Assembly (NCBI GenBank): GCA_030167865.1
Contig: JALAGF010006122.1
Span: forward strand, 1 to 37,152
Source: Craspedostauros australis
Lineage: Eukaryota
Direction of reading: 5' to 3'
DNA length: 37,152 nucleotides
This document shows, piece after piece, positions 1 to 10,100 of this stretch (position 1 is its first letter; the number at the start of each line of letters is the position of its first letter). Below the pieces are notes generated by a model. It was not told the origin of the DNA. It saw nothing but the letters and a program-made list of their open reading frames with translations, and did not search any database. The position numbers were made by a program, and so were the translations under genes.

Positions 1-1442
1 CCTTTGGAAGGGATCTAATTCAACGGATGCTGATATCACGCAGTCCTAAATGGTACGCATCGCATTGGACAGTGATTTGGATATTTGCGCATAGGAACTA
101 TCAATCGTATTCCGATCCAACACTATAACCACTCCAATCACACGTCACAGAGTATGGCTATGGAGTTAGAAGTGCAAGATCCATCTGAAAGGGATCCAAT
201 TTCATGGATGATGCTATCCCGCGGTACTGAACGATACACCTCGCACTGTACAGCGTTCTGCGCATATATGCATAGAAAACGTCGATCATATTCCAATCGA
301 AAACTTTGGCCACTCCGAATGCACTGCAAAGAGTACGCAAATTGCGGTTAAAATGCAAGATCCGTCTGGAAGGGATCCAGTCTTACGGATGCTGATGTCA
401 CACAGTACTGCGTGGGATGCGTCTGGACGGTAGGCATCGCTCTGAGCAGTATTCCGCACATCTATGCCTTCGGCCATCCATCTTGAGAGATGCGATCAAC
501 GGAATCACTCCAAACATACTCCAAAGGCTACGGCCATGGAGTTTGAAGTCCTTGATCCGTTCGGAAGGAATCCAATTTTCCGGATGTTGATGTCAAGTGG
601 CACTTAGGGGCGTCGTGACATGAGGGTCACCTGGGCGCGTGTCGATACACCTTGCTGATGGGTGTACGGCTTCGAACTCCATGCCCGCCCTCTATGGAGT
701 GCGTTCGGAGTCGATGAATTGTCAAATTGGAATATGATCGACATGTTCTGTGCACATATGCTCACAACGATGTGCAGTGTGATGCGCACACTTCAGTAGC
801 GTGTGATATCAGCGTCCGTACAATTAGATGCCTTCCAAACAGATCAAGGACTTCAAAATCTATGGCCGTACTCTTTGGAGTGTGATTGAAGTAATGCCGC
901 TGGTCGGATCTCACAAAATGGCCTGAGGAATGTGTAGATGTGCAGAAGATTGTGCAGCGTCAAGCGTAGCGCTGAGTATGACGAGGTTCATAGATTTGGA
1001 TATCACCATCTCTCCCAGATGGATAAAGATGCTCGCTAGCTGGAATTCTACCCATTGGAATGCTCTCGATGTGCTTATCTTGTTTAGATGGAATATGTTT
1101 ATCCTTTCCTATGAAGGTTTGGTCAGAATACGATCCACAACGTACAGAATTGGAGCAAACAGGTAAATGATGCACATATCTACGACTACGTAGGCATTAA
1201 TTCCCTTCATTAGATGAAGTACGTTCGTATGGACGAATTAATGACATAATGTTACAAGTATGACAAACATGGATGATGTGGCTTTTACTTTTCCTGTGTG
1301 ATACAAGTAGTCTACACTGATACACTAGCCTTGGGGGCGATGCGAAATATATGTGTCCGTGGGATGTCGCATGGACATTTCGACGTTTTGAGTCGCTAAG
1401 AAACACAAAATAGGCTGGTTAGTGCAAATCGGCACTTCAAAA
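1..1442. repeat. Diverged ~181-195 bp tandem repeat array with an orientation switch near 605
   Basis: Core G(G/A)AAGG(G/A)ATC.A.T...(C/T)GGATG.TG.T.TC starts at 6, 187, 368 and 563 (spacings 181, 181, 195). The reverse complement of the unit appears from ~615 onward: 726-742 is the exact reverse complement of 281-297 (GTCGATCATATTCCAAT), 800-945 matches ~453-600, and 1083-1113 matches 90-120. Similarity fades towards 1440. Confidence 0.8.
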
Positions 1443-1872
1443 NNNNNNNNNNNNNNNNNNNNNNNNNNNNNNNNNNNNNNNNNNNNNNNNNNCTCTCGAT
1501 GTGCTTATCTTGTTTAGATGGAATATGTTTATCCTTTCCTATGAAGGTTTGGTCAGAATACGATCCACAACGTACAAAATTGGAGCAAACAGGTAAATGA
1601 TGCACATATCTACGACTACGTAGGCATTAATTCCCTTCATTAGATGAAGTACGTTCGTATGGACGAATTAATGACATAATGTTACAAGTATGACAAACAT
1701 GGATGATGTGGCTTTTACTTTTCCTGTGTGATACAAGTAGTCTACACTGATACACTAGCCTTGGGGGCGATGCGAAATATATGTGTCCGTGGGATGTCGC
1801 ATGGACATTTCGACGTTTTGAGTCGCTAAGAAACACAAAATAGGCTGGTTAGTGCAAATCGGCACTTCAAAA
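1063..1872. repeat. 380-bp near-identical direct duplication (1063-1442 / 1493-1872) flanking an assembly gap
   Basis: Copies are offset by 430 bp, with one visible difference (G1147 vs A1577), and are separated exactly by the N run. Confidence 0.95.
1443..1492. other. Scaffold gap (50 N)
   Basis: Run of 50 N. Confidence 1.
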
Positions 1873-2043
1873 AGGCTGGTTAGTGAATTTCCTCATTTCA
1901 TTCACTTTGGTTTTGTGCACGATGCGAAGATCTACCAGTTACAACAATGCTGCCAGCCAACAAGCCCATCATTTCTCCTATCCACGCATTCTCGCACGGA
2001 TGCATGCACCAGCTGGATGCGCGATGGGCCACACGGGGACACC

Positions 2044-3144
2044 TTAGAAGAAGTCGTAATCATCCTGGTAGGATTCGCCGATCTCATCGTACTGATCGTA
2101 CTCGTTGTTGTCCCCGAAGGTCTCGTCATGAATCTTCTTGGCCTTGGCCTGCGCCTCCTTCTCCGCCTTCTTGGACTTCGGCCCCTGGTTCTTCGTTTTT
2201 CGCTTGTCCGCCTGGATCTTCTCGTTCTTGATGACGTTACAGGCAGTGATGAGCTCCGAGATGGCATTGACATCCAGGGTGTCCTTGCTCCCCTGTATCA
2301 CCTCTCTCAGAAATGTGGTGGCCAGCAGCGTCTTTCCGTGTTTCTGTACCGCGAAAGCAATGCCAGTGTGGAGAAGACAAGAAGAAGAAGAAGAAGAAGG
2401 AGAGTGAGCGAGTGAGTGCGTGAGCGAATGGGTGAGTGAGTCCAGGAGAGCGTAGCAACGGCAGCAGATAACTCATAATATTATGTGTGCGCGCATGATG
2501 TCATGAATTGAGCGCGGAATCTCTAGAGTCAATGCTGTGCTCTTCTCGCGTTATTCTTGCATCGGCAGGACGAAAACCATGCAGAGCAGGAACGTCATAG
2601 TGGATGGCAGAATACATCAATGAACATTCGTCCACAAACAATTTCACTCAACGTGAAGTTGATCTGCTTGACGTACCTTCAAGGCCGCGGAAACAACCTT
2701 GGCATGCTTCAAGTGATCCTTGAGAGTCATCAGGGCGAGCTGGTCACCAGCGCCCTTGGTAGTTGCTGCCGCTCCCTTCTTTGCACCGGCGCCGCCGAAG
2801 AGCTCATCAGCAAGCGCATTGTCCGCATCCTCCACTCGCTTGCGCTCCATCTCCTTGCGCTCGTCCAGCGTCATGTTGGCCTCCATCTGCGCTTCGACCT
2901 CCAGCACCTTGAGGGCCAGCTCCCTCTCCTCCTGCTTGGCCTTCTCGGCCTTCTTCTTGGCCGCCAGGGCCTCTCCCTTCTTCTTGAGCTCCTCCTGCTC
3001 CTTCCTCTCCTTCTCCTCCTTCATCTTGAAGGCCAGATCGACCTCCTCCTCGTCATCCTTGTTCGCAAGCCCAAGGCGCTGCTCGAGAATGTCATCGTCG
3101 ACATCCCATTCGTCGTCGCTGCCGTCGTCCCAGTTGTCACCCAT
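2044..3144 (-). CDS. EIF3J: Eukaryotic translation initiation factor 3 subunit J; exons 3144-2677 and 2343-2044, ~255 aa
   Basis: Acidic Trp-containing N-terminus MGDNWDDGSDDEWDVDDD, a Lys/Glu coiled region, the EDADNALADELFG motif and a C-terminal ...YQDDYDFF end, all typical of eIF3j/Hcr1. A phase-0 intron 2676-2344 (AAG|GTACGT...CAG|AAA) joins ORFs 2644..3165 and 2044..2301 in frame (...SAALK|KHGKTLLATTFLREVIQGSKD...). Confidence 0.9.
2344..2676 (-). other. Spliceosomal intron of EIF3J (333 bp) containing (GAA)n and (GAGT)n-like microsatellites
   Basis: GTACGT donor, pyrimidine-rich tract and CAG acceptor; removing it restores the reading frame. Confidence 0.85.
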
Positions 3145-6100
3145 CTTTGCGTCCCTTCTGTTCAATCAACTGTTCTGTATGAGCACGACTCGGAGGGTGG
3201 TGCCTTGCTTGTGCTGATTTGAGATTGTTGCGATGTTGTCTTCTTGTTTTGTTGTGCTCCGACATCATTTGTTTTGTGTCGTTTTGCGTGTTGCGTTTGG
3301 TCGCGATGAACGGTCTCCCGATTTCGTGTTTCAACTTTGTACCTGACGAAGGTCGTACCGATTTCATGAAGTTTTGTTTGTGCAACACCTGACTGGCAGA
3401 CACGCGTTACTAATGATACACAGTATCTCCACGTCATGTCACTGTCAGTTTGTTGCATTTCGTTTGCGCGATCTGTCTTGAATGTCTGTTAATCAAGCAA
3501 CAAGCTACACAGACAGACCGTGCCAATGGGATTGTTGACTGATTGAAACGCGGGCAACAGTCCGTCGAAAACTTACGCGCAGTGCCCTGCAGAATCTCGG
3601 GCGTGCGAAGCAACACGGTGGGTGCGTCGAATCAGTGAATGCTGGTGGTATTAATGACGGTAGCGCCACAAATGTACCTGTAGTGTAGGCAGAAGGTTTC
3701 AATGGGTTCCTCTGAGTCATGTCTTGGCGGAGAGAAGCTTCTCTCTTGGAGTACATCAAGGGCATTTGCGACATTTCCGGGTGGAACAGTTGAGGTAAAC
3801 TGTGGTTGGTTCTGAGCATATTTGTTCTGTCTATTCCCGGTATCACTTCGTGAATTGGGCTGTATGCTCTACTATTGCCGCATCTTGGTGGTGGATGATG
3901 CGTCTTTTTGTGCTCGTGCCTTGGAACCAACCAGCAGCTTCCCGCAAGTGACGGAACTTTGGCGTCGAGAACGCATCCCCAAAGACTATGATGACGACGA
4001 CGACGACAGCGGTCAGCACCAGGGGCAACAATGGCGCTTTGTGATGGAAGGACACAACGCAGAAATGGGTGGCTGGGATGAATGTGATTGCGATGTCCGC
4101 AACGAGGCAGCTACCTTTTTTGGACCAGTTCCTGTGCCCTTCTGTGCCAAGAGTTCTGTAATTTGCGAACGTTGCGACGCAATGGACGTGCGGGACGAGC
4201 ACCTTTTTCTCTCCCAAGTATGATAAAATACGTGCAAAACCGAACGGACAAACCTGTTGTGAAACCACCAAGTAGTGTTGCTGAACGCAAACAGATGCAC
4301 ATCGTGAAGGGAAATCGGACCAGCCCCGACAAATGGAAGAAAAGCAAAGTCTGGGGCAGTGATGCGGTCTATTTCTGTACTTTGCGATGCATCACGTCAT
4401 GTTCTCTTGTGGATGGCACTTTGCGCACTGGGGCTGAACGAAGACGAAACTCACACTATCGTGTGGTATTGGTAAGAGTATGTGGAGGGTATGGTACGGT
4501 GCGAGGAGAGGAGTCGCGCGTCACCTCCCCACCACCGATGTGATTGCACCGCACCAATGCGTCCCCCTTCTTTTTGTGTCGAAGCGCAACAGAGAACGCC
4601 TCCGAACATGGCCAAACGGCACTCGGGTCATTGTCAATCTTCGTTGGCCCTGACCTCGTGGCTCGTACCGCTACCGTACATTCTGTCGAATCCGTGCTCT
4701 CTATTTGTGTGGTTAGGACGTGATCAGCACCACATCGCAGCAACAACGCGCATTCGTATCGTGTTGCGCGTCCACGCTGCAGCTTCGCGCACTCTCGACA
4801 CGCTCAGAACACTGTGATCCGCCAGCTCCTTCCAGCGCAAGAAAGCCAAACACAGGAGGATGAATGCAATCAGATGCAATCAGATGGGTGGTACGCTCCG
4901 GACCACGACGACTGAGCAGCTGAAGCACCACCACCACCACCACCACGACAGGTAAACCCTCTTGCAAGCGCAGAAACACAATCAAGCCGTCAATAACCAA
5001 TCGTTCCCCCGAGTCAGCATCCCATGGATCGGCAAATGAACAACAACCAGGCCATGGACACCACATCATGCCATCTATGTCCTCATCCGTATCTGCATTA
5101 CATTGCCATTGCAACACCTTCAAACGACGATTCCGTCCATCAACTGAACCCACAGGCGTTTCAACACACCGAGCCACAATATGCAGTCTTTGTATTACCA
5201 GCCTTCCATCATGGTGACAACGGCCTTGCTGATTCGCCATGAGACCATCGATTCCTTGTGATTGAAAACTGGCATCAAACCAAGCCGAAAATCCGTGCCA
5301 CACTCAACTTTGATTGGGCATGGAGGTTAGCGACAGGTTGAGCAGAAGGCAAAGGGCACTGGCTGGCGGATCGGCACATAGTCACATCAACGCCTCGTGG
5401 CCGGGCGGGGGCCAACATCTTGGAGAGAGACATCTCGAGAAGATCCTACTTCAGCTCCAATGGTCTTGCTGCTGGCAGCCCAAGGCTGGATCCGCGCCAA
5501 CAGCATAGCCAGTGCCGACGCCGACACCAACGCTGCATGAGATGGCATTGCAGCATCCATGTCCACGTTCATTCTCCAAACAGATCCGAACAGAGCACAA
5601 CGACGTGATCGCGAGGGAAGCGAATCTGTTGCCACACTCCGACGAGGCTCCCACACGCGACCATGAGGACTCAACGAGCACACCCGTCTTTGCATGGTAC
5701 CATACTCCGCCATCCCCGCACGGCAGCTCCGCATGGCACCCCTGCACGACACGCGATGATACCCTTTGCTGTCCAACTATTCCAAACACCATGCCCATTA
5801 CATCGAACTATCGATTCTTCGAATTGAGCTTCCGCGTGCTCCATCGCCCATCGCATGCACCACGCCCCACAGCCATCCAAAGCCAGCCTCTCTCTCTCTC
5901 TCCATTGAGCCCGACATCAATCGTACTGCCTTCGGTTCCGAATTGCGCCAAATTCTTCTCCGTGCGGTCAGGCATGTTGATGCAGGTCGAAGCGATTCGC
6001 TCCACGGCGCCGTCAAGTCGATTTTGGGCTGCGTCGTATCCTGCCAAGTTGCATGACAGCGAGCAAATGGCGACGTCAGTGGATGGTTCGCAACCCGCCA

Positions 6101-7139
6101 CACGCCACATACATCAGGCATCGGACTTGGTTGTTGACCACACGTATCCGCATTGCGTACCTGTATACAAACGTCCATCAACTCCTCTTCAACAATCCAA
6201 CGACATACGAGTACACAAAAGAAGAATAGAGGCTCCGTCATGTGAACAACGAACAGCATACAGCACTTCGTCCCCCAGCCCACAAGACCTCACATCTTCG
6301 GCACCAGGATCGCGAACAGCCCAAGGATCCATTCTCCTTGTCCTGTCACGGCTTTTTGCCCTCTTGTTTCGTCCCAGTCCACTATCATGGCACCGACGCG
6401 TTCGCAGGAACGAGCCAGGCCTTGTTTCGCGTCCCACAATAGTTACAACACACGCGTGCTCTCCATGAGAGAGAATATGTACACGCGAGACTGTTGCAAA
6501 GCGGTGACAAGGTGCAGGACTTAAACAAGTGAGGTTACGCAGATCGGGCCGTCCACCGCCATCAGCCACGTGACAGGTAGGGCGAGCATCATCTTCCACC
6601 GGATGTTGCGATGGTCGGAGTGCACCAGATTACACACTTTGCCGTGGTCAGCTGCATTCTCAAGTATTCTATTATACTATCCCTGACGAATAAACGTATC
6701 ATCGTACGCAACTCCGCGACAAATGTTTGAACATTCTACTCATGAGTGCCATTTCACCAGCACAAGCGGTTGTGGCCTAACAAACAACTGCGCATCGAAC
6801 TGCGCCATGGAAAGTAGAGAAAGAGATGTCAGTCTCTGCATCTCCAACGAAGTATAACATTACCAAGAGTACTAACAGAACACATACACATGCACACTAC
6901 CCATGTGAAGTGGGTGGTCGGTGCAAGATGAGCAGAGTACACGCGTTGCTCTGGAAAGATGAGAGACCCCGAACGGGTTGCAGCCGATGACAGTTGTCAT
7001 CCAATTTTTGCTATCCGAAGTAGCCCTGCGTCCTGTACTCAACAAGAATCCGCCATGGTTGGAAGCGGCAACGGAAGTGCAAGTACTTCTCACATGGTAT
7101 ATATACAGCCGTGCTCTATCAAGATTTATCACCAGGGAT

Positions 7140-7170
7140 TCCTCTCTCTCTCGCTCTCTCTCTCTCTCTG
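7140..7170. repeat. (CT)n microsatellite
   Basis: Visible directly. Confidence 0.9.
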
Positions 7171-10100
7171 AGTCTTCACCACGATGGGAAAGAATCATCT
7201 TGCTCGCCTCCATGGCGTAATGGTGTGAGAGAAGAAACGACGAAGTCCGATGGAGCAACGCCAAGTGATCTGCAATGCGTCACACTCACTCCCAGCATGA
7301 TGCAGAATTGGGAGCATGCGATCTCTAGTTGCGCAAGGAAGGATTATTGATGAGATCTCTTGGGCGGCCGTGACGTCGCTGCACAGTCTCGCTGTTGTGA
7401 ATTGTCGAGGGGAACAAACCGCTTCAAAACGACTGCTGGGGCAAAGTTCGCTGCAAACAGCCGCGTAGCTCTCCTGATGGCATCAATTCGTAGATAGAAG
7501 AGGAATAGACGTGAGTGAGTAGAATGAGTGTGGGATAGAGTACGAGCCAACCAAGTCACCCTGCCTATGCGTCAATCATCCGCATCGCAGATACTTGTGG
7601 ACAGCTGACCGCTAGGTCCACCAAGGCAAGATTGCCTACGATACACTTACCTGCTGTTGCTGCTGTTAATGGGGGCACCTACCGGCAGAATACGTGCATG
7701 ACATCGCATGTTTGCATGATGCCGACCCGTGTCTCATTATGGAAAGACAACTGTCTCTTCTCATTTGACCAGCTGTATGGCCGCATGACTGTTTAATGGC
7801 CTGGCTGCATGCTTCATAATGAGTCTCTTTTCTCAGCCAGTGATCAGATAGCTTGGTATGTGCCAGTATGTGCATTCCCGATGCAGTTTTCGTTGGTTGC
7901 CCCTGCCCCAGTGTTTGCACGAGATCACCTTGCATTGTATTGCTGGACAGGTGCAATTGCTGGGCCCTCCAACTTCCCAGCATTTCTCACCAGCTGGTCA
8001 TCTGCTGATGGTACTAGCCATGCAATTGCGTTGCTTACGTGATGCATGTTGATCGTCTTGATCTCAGCCTTCCCGCCTCCACATACATGAACAATCTGGC
8101 ATATTCATCTACTATGTAATAGCTCGCAGTCCTCGTAACCACCTGGCTGATGCTCCAGAATGCATCCGTTTCATTGTCCAGATACGATCGGTGAGCCGCC
8201 ACGTTGTGGAGCCATGGAACAAGGTCCGGCTCACATGCTGACCTCCAAACTCCAATTGTCAATGGGTCAGTATCACATCATTGGCTGGACGGGAAGGGTA
8301 AGAGGAAGACAGATGAAGAGATCGGAGTCGTGTGTTGGCTGTGCGAGAGGTTGGGTTCATGGCTGAATTCATGGTTGAGTTCTTCGTCGATCATGCCAAG
8401 CGTGACACGCATGCCGATGGCCGGGTGAGATGTTTGGAACGAGCGAGCTGGATGTGCTCATCGTCCATGGATGATGACATTGGTCGTACCAAGGATGTTC
8501 ATTGAACACGAAAGGAGCGTAGCTGCTGACTCCAATCGTGCAAAGCACCACCGCTGATGACCCGGCGTGAAGGTGTTCGAGATGTCAAGATGTCAAGATG
8601 CCATGGTGGATGTGAAGACATTTTGAATACGACTGTTTCCGTCATCGTCTTCGTCGTCGTCGTCTCTCTCTCTCTTTCGCTCAGCGGGGCGCTTGGGCGA
8701 TCGGAGACCCAACTTCAGACCCACATTCAGATGGAGATATCCTCACACGCAGTACAATGTACTGATACTCCACTGTACGAGCTACCGTGCTTTCACGTGC
8801 AGGCGGTAGCTGATGAGGTTTAGAACAGAACAGTGTAACGTGGAGCAGAGCAGAATGGCTCGTACTTGCAGGAGTGAGAGAGTGAAGCCATGGACATGGG
8901 TGCGGATCCAAGTTGCGATGGCATCGCAGATTCGCAGCGCGGCCATTCTTGTCCTCGAGGCTGTTCGCCTTCTGTTTTCTCTCTTCCGCCGTTTGCTCAG
9001 TGCGCATGAACGAGTTACTCGTAGAGTATTCGTGTGCGACACTCTGCCCAAGCCCAAATCGTGAAGGTGGTGGTGGGACCCAGAAGTTCATGTCCGAAGC
9101 GTCTTGGTTCTGGCATTTTGGGTGCTTCACATCCGGATCTAAATTATTTTGTGTTGACGTGGTGCAAACTCGTCGACAGACTGCGGATTGTGATTGGCCA
9201 TTGTGTGATCTGATCCACGAAAGTGCGAGCCTGACTTAACAGCTCAAAGATGGTGATGTCTTGGTGTGCAAACAGACACAATCACGCACTTGGCCGATGT
9301 GGTGCCCTCCAGATGTTCGAAGCATGGAGTCAGTGATACGACATTAAGAGCACCAGAGCGCCTTGATGAAGCAAAGAATGTGCGTCAACGACTTATGAGG
9401 GGGCACATTTGTTTCATGGGACACAATTTCGCCTCTACATGGAGAATCAGCTGCGATGTCGCGCGAGCTTCATCCGAATGTTCATCGTGGCGCTTTTGTT
9501 AAAGTGAATTCAATCAAGCCTTCTCGCCAACGTGCCCGCAGAACAATATAAGAGTACGGTGCGGATACTTCTATTGAGGTTGGTACCGATACCAAACAGC
9601 GACGACAGGCGACGGACCTGAAGCACACTCTCCCCACCTTAAGATCAGGTTGAAGCAGGCATCAAGGGAGCCACAATACTCGATGAGAGATGGTGGGTGT
9701 TTGGATTTGAAGTCATCCACCGCTCAATCCTCCTCATCATGTTGCATGGCATCACCTCCGTACTCGTGGGTCGTACTCGTACTCGCACACGTACCGTGCG
9801 TTTCCACAACATCCCCTGCTCGTGAAATTTAGGTGCTCGTCTTCGTTCCGTCGTTGATGGTAATGTGTGGTGTTGTGCATGTGTGGCACGCAGGTGCGGT
9901 GGCCACGTCCCGGTACCATCCTCGTACGTACGAGGACCCGTACTTGGTTGTATCCTTCGCAGCACTGCTCTACCCGCGATGCGATATTTTGCTCCCATTC
10001 ACCTGCTGTTGGTTGCTCGTGTCAAGATCCCAAGGAGGGCCACTGACCGGGATTGATTGAGAGTACTCTAGCCTACTCTACTCCACTATGATACTTTACG

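Noticed and set aside
1..1000. CRISPR-like reading of the regularly spaced cores
   Set aside because: The sequences between cores are homologous to each other, the period is ~181 bp, the context is eukaryotic and no cas genes are present.
960..1836. Duplicated small ORFs (69-71 aa)
   Set aside because: They arise from the 380-bp duplicate around the gap, inside non-coding repeat DNA.
1852..3222. Plus-strand ORFs 1852..2415, 2557..3222 and 2720..3217
   Set aside because: Antisense shadows of the codon-biased EIF3J exons; the Leu- and Ser-rich translations mirror Glu/Lys codons.
5512..6468. 318-aa ORF as a gene
   Set aside because: Non-ATG start, no recognisable domain, and it crosses a CT microsatellite; not supportable, although a decayed gene cannot be excluded.
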